64,000 nucleotides of DNA from Podarcis cretensis (taxonomy: Eukaryota), in contig OX638155.1 in NCBI GenBank assembly GCA_951804945.1, forward strand, positions 17,422,001-17,486,000, in the 5' to 3' direction. Of this stretch, positions 1 through 12,274 are shown piece by piece. A program made the position numbers and the translations under genes. Each line of letters starts with the position of its first letter. The first letter of the stretch is position 1. The notes under the pieces are model-generated. The model did no database searches and was not told the origin of the DNA. It was given only the letters and a program-made list of their open reading frames with translations.

Positions 1-415
1 CGTCCACAGAAAATTTGTTATTTTAGTTCCACTCAAAATTCCATAGGACTTATTACAGGAGCCTGTTTTGGGCTCATCACACAGTAATGCTGTTTGTCTG
101 TCCAGTCAGCTAAGCTCACATCTAGTCCATACTTTTAGGGAATCAAAAGTTTCCATTGATAAGTGGAACACAATCTGAACAGCAAATGATATGGCAAATG
201 CAGATGATGAATTAGCTACATAGAGGGTTGAATCTGGCTGAGGTAAAAATGTAGCAGGGATTAGGAGAAAATGTAACAAAACAGAGAACCAGGGAATAGG
301 GAAGTTTCTTTTTCTTAGAAGAGCTTGTCTCAGCATGATCATATATACTATGCAGGAACAACCAATCAATGCATCATAATAGATACTAGGGCTTGATCAG
401 TTGCTAACAGATTAG

Positions 416-776
416 GTAAAGGTACCCCTGCCCGTACAGGCCAGTCGTGACTGACTCTAGGGTTGTGTGCTCATCTTGCTCAAGAGGCCGGGAGCCGGCG
501 CCGTCCGAAGACACTTCCGGGTCACGTGGCCAGCGTGACGAAGCTGCACTGGTGAGCCAGCACCAGTGCTGCACACGGAAACGCCATTTACCTTCCCGCT
601 ATAAAGCGGTCCCTATTTATCTACTTGCACTTAGGGGTACTTTCGAACTGCTAGGTGGACAGGAGCTGGGACCGAACGACGGGAGCTCACCCCGCCGCGG
701 CGATTCGAACCGCCGACCTTACGATCAGCAAGTCCTAAGCACTGAGGTTTTACCCACAGCACCACCCGCGTCCCTC
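416..776 (-). mobile_element. Sauria SINE
   Basis: tRNA-like head with A/B boxes, (ACCTTT)n tail, 14-bp TSD TGCTAACAGATTAG at 402-415 and 777-790. Confidence 0.92.
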
Positions 777-2724
777 TGCTAACAGATTAGAAACAGGAAA
801 TTAAAGCAGCTTTAAATGCAGATACTGAGGGGGCAACAGAGTACAAAATGTAAAAGACAAAATTACAGCTGAAGAAATTTGCTTCAACTTTAGCTTTAGG
901 AAAAATCAAGTGCCCACCCTTGGGATGTGCTAAGCCTTCTCTAACTCCACTTATGAAAAGCTGTTTGTTTCTCCAAAAATTCTTCAGAGGCTTTCGCTTT
1001 TGTAGCTTTGGCAATATTTGCTTAAAATATCACTACAGTTGGAATATTGGAAACAACATTAACTTTAGGCTGTTCCTGTGTTAACCTAGATATACCAGTC
1101 AGGGATTAATAACTTTTAAACCTACCAAAACAGTTAGGAGAGTCCAGAAAGAGCTTTATGAATGCTTTTGCTACATAATTAGATATGCAAATCCATCAGG
1201 GATGTTAAGCATCTCACAGGCAACAAGCCCTGGCCAGTGGGCCATTTCACACACACCCCCTATCCTATACCAGCTGATGCATTTCTCTCCTACACTTATA
1301 GCATAGCTAGAGAATCTGATTCCTCTGAGCATGTCCAGAATACATTTACCCTCTCATTCAGTAACAGTGTTGATTCCAGGCAGAAGTGAGACCAGGCTCT
1401 TCCAGGTTGCCAACTGAATTCTGTTGGTTTTAAGAAGCCCCCCCCCCCCCCGCAAAAAAAAATGTTTTTGAACTATTTTGGATACATATAAACTATAGGG
1501 TTTGTTTTAAAGTGGTTTCTGGAATAAATTTACCTGGGGTAAATTTATCCAGCATCTTAACATAAGTTTTTGACAGAGGTGCATATTTATCTTGGCAAAG
1601 CATGGGACTCAAAGAAGATTTTAAGAGGCGCAAGGAGCTCTGTCACCACCGTTACCCAGCACTACTACTCACTAATTTCGAGCTTCACTGAAGTGAGAAA
1701 CCCTTCTGAGACAGTAGCACTGCTGCCGTTACGTAGACTTTCTCTTGTTTTGAAGTTGGGAGTTATGCCTCAGGACCCTTTTGACTTGGTTTCTACAAAT
1801 CTGCATCTGTCTGTCTTAAACACTGTTCTTGTCATCAAGTCAGAAGCTTGCAGAACCTGATTGCAGTAACATCTGAGTCATTCACTCTGGCAATGTGGAG
1901 GCTAGCTTGAAGCTGGAATTAGGCAACTGAAATGCATTATGCAAATGAAGAAAGGTGTTTTGAGATGTACTTCAACTTGCATTGTAGTTGTCCAGCATTA
2001 TCACATCTGGAAATCAAGCAATTCATTTTCATTTATGAACAAAAACATGGAGACGGGGAGTCTTTATTGTTATTTCTTCCAGAAGGTAAAGACATAAGCT
2101 TTTAAGAAACTGGATTATTTTTTTCTACTCTATGTTCCCAGTGCTAAAGAAAAATGAAGAAACATATTCTGCATCAAGCCCATACAAATTATCGTCCCCA
2201 AAGTGTAATGCAGTTCATCAACCATCAACATTGCACAAATTGAAAAGATGGGAGATTGACAGAGGCAGGGTTGAGCCAGAGATCTGGGCCAATGAGGGAG
2301 CTGTCCACCAGGTTCTGGATGAAGGGAGCTGTCCAGCGATACCTAGTGTTGAATCAGCAAGACTAAATACTGTAAGGAGAATCAAACAGAATGGAAGACT
2401 GCAGATTTCCAATGGACTCTGCTGCCCATCTCTTCCTGGAGCTCTGAAGGGCCATGAATCAAAGTTCATATCAGTGCTTGCCTCCTCCTGAGTATGACTG
2501 ACAGAAGAGAGGCCCTTGGTTATCAACTGGATGCAATGTATCCATGGCTAGATTTGGGCACAGGCCCACTGTATCCTATATCTGTGGCTGACAGTGGAAA
2601 GCTGGGGGCCCTGCTAGCCTGCTGGGGCAGGGTGTCACCAAATGGCAGCCTACAGCTGTCCTTTGATGGACATTAATTCTGTGGTCCCAATCTGTGATGA
2701 CGACTGCAGTTAAATTACTCTTAA

Positions 2725-3073
2725 CAAAAGAGGTTTAAAGACTCTCTCAAGGCAAATTTTTAAAAAATGTAGTATCAACACTGACAGCTGGGAAACACTA
2801 GCCTGTGAGAACTCCAATTGGAGAGCAGCCTTTACCAAAGGTGTCATGGACTTTGAAGATGCTCAAACTCAACATGAAAGGGAGAAGCATGCTAAGAGGA
2901 AGGCATGCTTGGCAAACCCTCACCGTGATCAACTCACACCCAGAAACCTATGGCCCCACTGTGGAAGGATGTGTGGATCCAGAATTGGCCTCCACAGTCA
3001 CTTATGGACTCACTGTTAAGACCGTGTTCATGGAAGACAATCTTACTTGGCTACGAGTGATCACCAAAGAAGA
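2725..3073 (+). mobile_element. RTE-clade LINE 3' fragment (not Bov-B)
   Basis: Frame-disrupted KRFKDSLK…WETLA…WR…F and a C-terminal zinc finger (PHCGRMCGSRIGLHSHL.TH); (GAA) tail. Confidence 0.8.
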
Positions 3074-5155
3074 TCTTCTCTTAGGAGAAGTTCTTATCAA
3101 CTTCATGTCCTGTGCACAACTGGGTTCTGGTTGATGCTCAAGGCAGTACACCAGGGCTTTATAAACCTATTTTTGTGTCTGCTTGAACTGCAAAGAGAGG
3201 GGGGGAGTTGTCAAGCATCACACAATATGTGACTCATAATCTGCATTCAGATTGATGGGTCACAAAGTTTGCTGAGCAAGCTCAGTTCCCAGAAAATTTA
3301 GTTTCTAGTGCTGGTTAAGAAAGTTCAGTGAATGTGACACTGTCCAGGGGAGGCAGACAAATTGGGAGACAATATTATCAAAAGTGAGGACAGGAGCTCA
3401 GCTCTGATACCAGATGCCTCACACTCAAGGTGGGATCAGAGGCAGGTGATAATTCCATTCAATTGTTTAGCGAAATTAAATTAGAAAACTGGACAATGCC
3501 TGCACCATCATTTTATCCCAGGACACACACACACACAAGATAATCAGTGCTTCCAGTTCTGGGTCTGATTAGAGGAGGATGAGCAATTTGTTAACTCACA
3601 TTCCCTGCTCTCTGAACTCAACTCCAAAGAAGAATTTCTGAGTAGATGGAGAGATTGTTTGTCTCTCCTCACCCCAGCAAGGAACATGTGCAAGCACACT
3701 CTCCTTATTTATTTAATCATACTTTATCAGTCACTTTCTCCATGCAGCTCAGAGTAATGCACATGCAGTTATCCCCTTCAGTGCTTGAATTATAGCTTTA
3801 TTTCAAGACCAGACCAGACTTGTATATCCAGTCACCATACGCTAAATTCATGCTTAGGGTAGATAACACTGAATTCAACAGCTATGATTAACTTAAGACC
3901 ACTGAGTTGCACTCAACCAACTTTCACACAGATCTTTTTAAAAAAACAAAACCTAAGCTAGTAATGAACATTGATTACAATGGGTCTACTCTGAGTCAAA
4001 GGATAGCCGACTTCAGTGGGTCTGCTTTGACCATTGCTTAGTTGAGTGCAGTCTCATCTCCACAGATGTGTTAAACTAGCAAGTTTGACATAATTTTTCT
4101 GCTGGCAAAGCACTTGAAGAAGCAACTTGAAATAATTACAGTCCGTTATAAATTATGAAAAGAATATATTTATTATAATTGAAGGTACATCTTTAAAATA
4201 ATGTGGCCTAATAACAAAACAAAAAAGTTTCACCGCAGGTGCAAAACTGCAATAAATACTTAGTTGAACACAAAATTAAATATTAACTTTTGTGCAGATT
4301 TTTTTTTTAAGTGACTCCCTCAAAATAGCCTGCATGCTTTCAACCACAGAGAAACCTCATGGCATCCCCCCATTTTGAGGAGAAACTCCTTGGTGATTTT
4401 TAGCTCAACTTCAGTAGCAATATCTCACAACTTTTCTCTCTACCTTCATAATCTCATGGGCCCTTTTATCATTCACATCTAAAGTTTGCTTTAGGGGAAA
4501 CTCAGAGGCAACTCTATATTTTACCATCACAACAGTGGTGTGAGGTTGAAGACTCCACTGAGTTTCATACTTGCACAGAGATCTGAACCTCGCTCTTCAT
4601 AATCCAAATCCAACGCTACCCGGAGATTCTCACCGCAAAAGCAGGTAGCTTAGGAGGACAGGTGAGTGACCACTTGTCTCACCAGGTTGTATGCATTGTA
4701 TTTACAAACACTTGATGGGAATGAGACCAACTACACCCTCTTGGCAGTGACACTGCCACTCGCCAGAACAGGGGTGGAACCAGATGAGGCAGATATGGTT
4801 GGGATTGCTCCTGGTTGGTGGTAGCAGTCCCGCAGGTGTACTGCTGTTTGACCACATCCCAATGAGCACAGTGCTGCCATCATGCAGGCATTACTGCATT
4901 TCCAACCCATTGCTGCTACTTTACTCATTTCTTGCTACACTGAGGCTTTTGAGTCCTTGGTTGTGAGTCCTGGAAGACGTGTTTCCTACCTTGCTGGCCC
5001 TCATTGACTTCCAGCTACAAAGGCTGAGGATGCTGAACAGACTCTTGGGCTAGGGTATTGTTTAGGGAGTTTTCTTGGGGTGGGGGTTGATGATGTTATT
5101 GGTATTAATTTTTGCATTATTTTAGTTCAATTTGGTTGTGATTCTTTGATATTTT

Positions 5156-5639
5156 ATAAGGTCCCCTGGCCAGAACCCCTCTGACAAGATTTTATATCTC
5201 CTTGCAGACACAGATAAATATGTGCCCTGGCGTGTAGCACTCTTTGCACCTGCTGCTAGGAAAATTAGAGCAAATTATATAGCCAAGGTAGCCATCAACT
5301 GTAAAGGAGATGCATTTATCTGACCCTCTCTATCTACATCAGGCTATGCTCTATCTTTGTCACCAAACTCCGAGTATAAATTGCATACTGTATTAATTGA
5401 CATTGTTTTTTTGATATATTAGTGGCCATGTGATGATTTTAGCTTATGAATTTTATTGTTTAATGTCTTGATCTGTTGGGGTACTTTTATAGCTCTGTTT
5501 AGAGTATGCAATGTTTCGATAATATAAATGTTTTAAGTCTTTTGTATCAATCCAGTATACTTTCTTTTAATTGCCGAATGATTCTGTGTACATTGCGGCA
5601 GCCTTTGGCTATGTGCAATAAAACTGACTGACTGACTGA
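5156..5639 (+). mobile_element. LINE 3' end (RTE-X-like) with (CTGA)n tail
   Basis: AATAAAA followed by (CTGA)n; homologous to 47213-48740(-). Confidence 0.7.
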
Positions 5640-6725
5640 TATTTTATTAATTTCTTAATTATTGCCTTTGTTCTGTTGTAATTATGTATTTGTTCATGTT
5701 GTAAGCTGCCTTGAACTTGGTTTGAATGCTGGAAAGATGACATGCAAATATGTGTGTATGTATGTTTTGAAAAGAAAAAGTGTTACCTGTGGGACAGAAG
5801 CTGTGAACCATGAAAGGAAGCCCTGTGTCAATTAATTTTCACATGGCCATTTTTGCCTGCTTTCAGGACTTTCTCATCACTCTCTCAATAAACAATCCAG
5901 ATGGCATAAAAAAAACCCAGAAGTTTACACTGCTTAAAAACTACATCACCTGGGTCTAAGGCATGAAATAGGCCAAGAACTATGCAGTGTGGCTTCCCTA
6001 TAGCCTCTCCCGTTAATGGTATTCTACTCACACAAGGGCAAAATCCATTCTGTACTGTGCAGAGGAATGGAACCAAACTAACGTGAAGATTAACTCATGC
6101 TTGGCTTCCAAGGAGGAGGGGTGGGGATGAACTCCTGAATTCAGTACTGGAATCTCAGGTGAATAAACACAGGGAGGGATTACAGATGCCAACATATATC
6201 CAGGAGTTAGTGAAACCCAGCACTGCATTCCTCCCTTGGTGAAATCCCAACAAGTGAAGGGAATCAAAGTGAGGAATTTAAAATAAGGAGACAAGACAAT
6301 GCTGAAGGGTTCTCAGAAGCTTAAAAAAATCTCTTTTCCTCCCAACAGCAGTTGCTGCCAAGCAAATAAATAAATAAAGCAGCACCTTCACGAACAAAAA
6401 ATAATAGCCCAAGAGACAGCTGGAGCAAGGCAAAGGGGGGATGGATTTAAAACTAACTCTATCTGTGGTGAAGCAAATAAGCTGTCAAGCAGCCACAATG
6501 TCATATTCGGTAGCTGCATATACTCTAAAACATTCTTCCTCTGAAAGATATTTTTGGACAATGATTCTTACTAGTTCCAGCCTGCATGGCCAATGGTCAC
6601 AGATGAAGGGAGTTGTAGTGCAATAATGTCTAGAAGACAGAATTGCATCCCACAATTCAGGACCAGTTCACTTGAACTAGGAGGTTGCTTCATAGATGAA
6701 GAATCGGGGAAGGGAGAATACACTC

Positions 6726-6728
<3 letters not shown>

Positions 6729-6762
<34 letters not shown>
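6729..6762. repeat. (CA)n microsatellite
   Basis: Direct reading. Confidence 0.95.
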
Positions 6763-6764
<2 letters not shown>

Positions 6765-8853
6765 CAAACTACATGGAGACAGGAGCTCTCTCCCTCAGGA
6801 AAATTATGATTATCTAGATCCATTCTAGTCTAGTTTCAAGCCTGGTTTTAGCACTGAAAAAGCACTTCAGCAATATATCAAGTGTGAAATCATTACAGAA
6901 GTGGGCTAGTCCCCCTATTTTCCATGTAAATTAAAATCTGGGTTGTCTTTCTTTTTAACATACCAGGCACCCAACAGACTTGTGCCCATATGCATTGCAC
7001 TCCAAATCTCCAACGTAGGTCTCTGTGTGTGCACAGAATGAAAGGAGCCTGTGCTCACACCCATTTGTGCAGCTAAGTCACTTCACAGGAACTTGGACCC
7101 CAGAATATGGCCAGAAGGCACATGAGGTTACTGTCTTGTTGAATAAGCAGGCACTAACAGATTTTTGTTATTGCTGCTGCTGCTGCTGCTGTTGTTGTTT
7201 ATCTACCCATGGTTTTGAAATAGCCTAGTATAAATGATTTCCATATCGCTGTTATTTGTGGGAGGTATTTGAGAGAACATTTACATGAGCTAAAATAATT
7301 GTGTGGGAATTCATTCTTCAAAGAAATAGATAAGCCATATGGATCCCGCTTCCTTCTCCCCTCAAAAATACAACCACCTTTGTCCCGCAAATCAATTGTG
7401 TGTGCATGTAAATATGCCATTGTTATTTATATTCTGAGAAATCTATTCTGGAGGTGCTTTAACGCATTATTTTTGTAAACAGCTTAGAAACTATTGTAGT
7501 TAAGTGGCACGTAAAATGTTTAAAGAAAACAAAATAAATAAAATTAGAATTGTCTGCTCATTTGGACTGGTTGAGAGCTAATCAAATGAAGCTCAATCCA
7601 GATAAGACTGAGGTATCCTTAGTGGATGGTTCCCTAGACTGGATAGGTAGGATTCAACTTGATCTGGAGGGGGGTTTCCTCCCCCAAAAGAGCAGGCAAA
7701 CAAATTGGAAAAATTAGGAAGTGAAAGCATCAAATTTGTCCATCCTTATTTTATCCTGTATTTTGTCCATCATCATTTAAATCAGCCTTTTCCTCCCAAT
7801 TCCATACTGCTACTTTTGTTCCAACCAGGAGCCACAGAGAACTCACCTTCAAAATTCACAGTATGTCTTTTTCCTTAACAACCATAATGCGACAAAGTTT
7901 TAACGTTAGCTTCCTACGCTTCGCAGTCAAATTCCCCAGCTCTTAAACTCCCTCTTTTCATATAAGCTTCCTGAATGTTCAGCGTGTAACAGAGCATCCA
8001 TCAAGCTATAATTCGAGAAGTAATGTTTATGATCTTTTATTCCCCTTGAAAGATGCCAGCTTCTCCTAGCAGACCTCATCAATCCACAGAACTCTCAATA
8101 ATAGAAGCCTCTCTAAACATTGAACTGGAGAAGGACTAAGACACACAGAATTGTGGTTAGAATAACTGGACTTGAACCAGGGATGCCTGAGACTAAATAC
8201 GTACTTAGCCATAAAGCTTTTGATGAGTCACACAAATCTGGCTCCAACTACCTCATTGAGTTGTTGAGAGGTGATAACATGGGGTGGCTCTCATGTTTTG
8301 CCACATTGTGCTCCTTAAAAGGAGCAATGGGGTATAAAAGTGAAAAAGTATGTATACCTGTACACAGGGCCCTGTACCCATACTGGGATGACATGAATGC
8401 CTACATGCAGAGAAATACGAACACGATTCAATGAAATCCAGATAACCTCCCCTTCCCAAAAGAATCCCAAGGCATTTTCCCAATGAATCAGAAACAGAAT
8501 CCTAATGTTCTCCTCTGTTCCTTCCTTAGGTAATCTGTATGTAGGTGTGAGGGAGAGATGGATAAGCGCAGGATAGTGTGTGCAGGCCTGCCATTCCCAG
8601 GAACTGTTCATATGAATTCCAATAGAGGAAAATAGGGTGCTGATGAGTGCCATTCCAATCTTTCTATGCATAAGCACCACCTTTGTGCTTTACCTGAAGG
8701 AGCGTGTCCACCCCCTTTGCTCAGTCCAGACACTGAGGTCCTCCTCAGAACGTCTTCTGCTGATTCCCTCACTGCAATGTAGCAGGAACCCCCCCACCCC
8801 AATCATTCTGTTTGTATAAACTTCACACTCACACACTACATACGCCACATTTC

Positions 8854-9472
8854 TGTTATAAATTCATAGAAAATCAACCATACATTGGATTTGCACTGTT
8901 CCATTTTTATTTTACTCCATATGACAAGAACTAACAAAGGGGGGTGACTTAGTCCTGGTCAGCCATAATCCCTTCACTGTCTCAGCACATACACAGGAGC
9001 CCTGCCCATACCAACCCTGATGATCCCAGACAGAAGACAATCAAGATCACAAAGAACCTGCATATGGGAGTGGATTCAACATGGACTGAAACAAAGGACA
9101 CTGATCATGTCTTCCCTCAGGGGGCAGGAAACTGTGGGGAGGGGGAAAGGAGGAACCAGCCAGGTGACAAGACACTCAGGTTACCCTCAGCCCCTCCTTT
9201 CTGTAATGTATGCCTCCCTCAACCCCTCCTTTCTGTAATGTATGCATGATGTTTCTGGGGGTGGGCTAGACCTAGAGGAGGGGAATTTCAAAAGTTTTTA
9301 TAAGACCTTGCACACTATTCTTCTGGGTCTTTCCTCTCTCCTGCACGTGAGGGGAATACCCTGTTGCAACAGTTCAATAAAGGCCAAGCCTACAGGCTGC
9401 TGTTTTGCTCCAAGTTATCCTGGTTGGTGTCTTTGTTTTGTCCAAGGGAGCCCTCGGATTTTTCCTGTAACA
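8854..9472 (+). mobile_element. LTR-like element (5' boundary uncertain)
   Basis: TGTTA…TAACA ends, 32-bp tandem repeat at 9184-9245, TATAA at 9299-9303, AATAAA at 9376-9381. No TSD found. Confidence 0.5.
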
Positions 9473-9738
9473 GCAAGAAGTGACGTTTCAGGGAACCAGG
9501 CTGATGGCCTTCTCGGTAGTGGTTCCCTCCCTGTGGAATGCCCTCCTTCCAGATGTCAAGGAGATAAAGAACTACACAACTTTTAGAAGACATCTGAAGG
9601 CAGCCCTGTATTGGGAAGTTTTTAAAATCTGATGTTTGATTATGTTTTTATATATGCTGTAAGCCACCCAGAGTGGCTGGGGAAACCCAGCCAGATGGGC
9701 GGGGTATAAATAATAAAATTGTTATTGTTATTGTTATT
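9473..9738 (+). mobile_element. L2-clade LINE 3' end
   Basis: AFSVV.PSLWNALP-type motif and GATGGGCGGGGTATAAATAATAAA terminus. Confidence 0.78.
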
Positions 9739-10093
9739 TTATCATGTCCCTTCCCCACCTGCAATAAAACCCAGGTATTTTTGCTACATTGTGCACTAAT
9801 TCTGCTCTCTGGACAAACACACAAATGAGCTGATGGTGGGGCAATTGCAACAGTGCACTGGGATAGTACAATGAAGCCCTCAGGGTTTTCTTCTTACAAA
9901 CAGCAAAGATAGCAGAAATTACTCAAAGGTGTAAAGAGCAACCTTCTGAAACATCAACAACCCCACCCCACGCCACCCACCCTCTCTCTTCTGTTACACA
10001 TTTGACTAGAAAAAGATAACAGCTCCATGAATTCCAGCAAGTTAATTGCTGATCTTTCAGAACAGATTCAGTGCTGAGTTTGATTCTTTTAAA

Positions 10094-10329
10094 NNNNNNN
10101 NNNNNNNNNNNNNNNNNNNNNNNNNNNNNNNNNNNNNNNNNNNNNNNNNNNNNNNNNNNNNNNNNNNNNNNNNNNNNNNNNNNNNNNNNNNNNNNNNNNN
10201 NNNNNNNNNNNNNNNNNNNNNNNNNNNNNNNNNNNNNNNNNNNNNNNNNNNNNNNNNNNNNNNNNNNNNNNNNNNNNNNNNNNNNNNNNNNNNNNNNNNN
10301 NNNNNNNNNNNNNNNNNNNNNNNNNNNNN
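10094..10329. other. Assembly gap (236 N)
   Basis: Run of N. Confidence 1.
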
Positions 10330-11001
10330 AATAAGACATCTCCATTCCTCCTCTCTGCAAACTTCCTACGCAGCAAGCAAACTCAGAAGAATGCACCTTT
10401 GCATACAGTTGACCTGAGACTCCACCATTGCTTGGCATAAGTAGGAAGAGAGCTCCCTCCCTCAGTAACAGTCTTTCTGTCTTTTTCTCCCAGAATAATG
10501 ACTACTCCTAGTCCTTCACAGTATCAATATAACTAAGGACATCAAAGCAGGACATCAAAATAACTTATTCCAATTACAATAGAAATTCCAATATCTCTGC
10601 ATATATATTTTTCAATTTGTTATTATTTAACGTGGAGTGGAAAACTTGCAATTAATGCCTATTGGTCACCATAGCCACACACTGCATTGTATTTCTGCAA
10701 AGCACTGTGCAGGGAAATCAGAAGCAAGCCCCACCAGGCTCCAGGGGAAAACATTTATAGGATTTCAGCCTTAACCATACAAAACTGGAGCACGAAGAGG
10801 GAAGAGCATTCAAAGAACATATGCTATTGCCCTTTGCTTCTGCCAGAAGCTCTTTTTCCTTAAACTAATATTTTTGGTCGTGAAGGCGGCACTGATTTAA
10901 AGTTGCTTCAACCATAGAATTCTGCATTTACAGGGAGGAGTCAGGCTAATACCCTGCCCAAGAAACAGCAAGTGTTTCTTTCATATGACTAGTGCTTTTT
11001 T

Positions 11002-11559
11002 TTTTCCTTCAAAAAAATTGGAATATTTATTCCAGCAGCTTTAAAATATATGCAAAGAACCTATGCAGAACAGGCCAAAGAGAGGCTATCTCCTTCCCTT
11101 GCTCCCCAAAAGTCCACCTAGTAGCTGGCCCTCAGTTGGTGAGGGTAATCAGTGCTTCCACCAGGTTCCCCATGTGTTCCCGCAAGCTGCATTCTGCTGC
11201 TGCCCTGGATATTTCCATCTCGTTCATAATCAACTCCAAATCTTCTTTCTTGATTGTGACTTTGGCCAGTTCTTTTTCCTGCTCCTGCTTTGCTTTCTGC
11301 TCTGTGGATCTTCGGTCTCCAATCACTGATATTGCCGTTTCCAAGTTGGAGCTCTGGATCTCTTTCTCCTCCGCGTAGTCAGTGATGCGCTCAAGGTTGG
11401 CTGCTCCGCTGTCGTGCTTCTGCGGCTTCTCGGCTGGTTGCTCTCTGCTGCCTGCCAAGCCATTGGGCTCTGCTTCTAACTCAAGCTCAACATCCCCTTC
11501 AGCTGCCATCGCTTCGTCTGCCTTCCGCGCTCGTCGCGTGGTAAGGGGCGCTTCCGGAA
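11002..11559 (-). pseudogene. HYPK: Processed retrocopy of huntingtin-interacting protein K; intact 125-aa ORF at 11132-11509
   Basis: Intronless ORF MAAEGDVELELE...KHDSGAANLERITDYAEEKEIQSSNLETA...VTIKKEDLELIM..MEISRAAAE.SLREHMGNLVEALITLTN matches HYPK. AATAAA at 11026-11031(-) lies ~20 nt before the poly(A) (T-run 10996-11005). The 5'UTR is CpG-rich. TSD GCTTTTTT at 10994-11001 and 11560-11567. Confidence 0.93.
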
Positions 11560-11592
11560 GCTTTTTTCTAAAAAATTCTTTAGGGGTACTCT

Positions 11593-12274
11593 AAGCTCAA
11601 CATCAAAAAAACGAAGATCATGGCCACTGGGCCCATCACCTCCTGGCAAATAGAAGGGGAAGAAATGGAGGCAGTGAGAGATTTTACTTTCTTGGGCTCC
11701 ATGATCACTGCAGATGGTGACAGCAGTCACGAAATTAAAAGACGCCTGCTCCTTGGGAGAAAGGCGATGGCAAACCTAGACAGCATCTTAAAAAGCAGAG
11801 ACATCACCTTGCCAACAAAGGTCCATATAGTTAAAGCCATGGTTTTCCCAGTAGTAATGTATGGAAGTGAGAGTTGGACCATCAAGAAGGCTGATCGCCG
11901 AAGAATTGATGCTTTTGAATTATGGTGCTGGAGGAGACTCTTGAGAGTCCCATGGACTGCAAGAAGATCAAACACATCCATTCTTAAGGAAATTAGCCCT
12001 GGGTGCTCACTGGAAGGACAGATCATGAAGCTGAGGCTCCAATACTTTGGCCACCTCATAAGAAGAGAAGACTCCCTCGAAAAGACCCTGATGTTGGGAA
12101 AGATGGAGGGCACAAGGAGAAGGGGACGACAGAGGACGAGATGGTTGGAGGGTTCTTGAAGCGACAAACATGAGTCTGACCGAGCTGCGGGAGGCAGTGG
12201 AAGACGGGTGCCTGGCGTGCTCTGGTTCATGGGGTCACGAAGAATTGGACACGACTAAACGACTAAACAACAAC
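11593..12274 (+). mobile_element. Bov-B (RTE) LINE, 5'-truncated 3' fragment
   Basis: RT C-terminal ORF 11620-12159 (…RRIDAFELWCWRRLLRVPWTARRSN…RLQYFGHLIRREDSLEKTLMLGK…RRRGRQRTRW). Tail (ACGACTAA)2(CAA)n. TSD ACTCT at 11588-11592 and 12275-12279. Confidence 0.93.

Noticed and set aside
447-782. Recurring ORFs with PIYLLAL/FELLGGQE (also 17726, 28120, 60432)
   Set aside because: Translations of Sauria SINE copies, not a gene family.
9923-10438. ORFs spanning the N run
   Set aside because: Artefacts of the assembly gap.
10982-10991. 10-bp TSD CATATGACTA implying one chimeric HYPK-BovB retro-insertion
   Set aside because: The inner TA belongs to the left TIR, and each insert has its own TSD. 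An 8-bp hAT TSD with nested insertions fits better.
11727-12230. Antisense ORFs over Bov-B and HYPK (also 10992-11378, 58961-59362)
   Set aside because: Shadow frames of the real coding strands.
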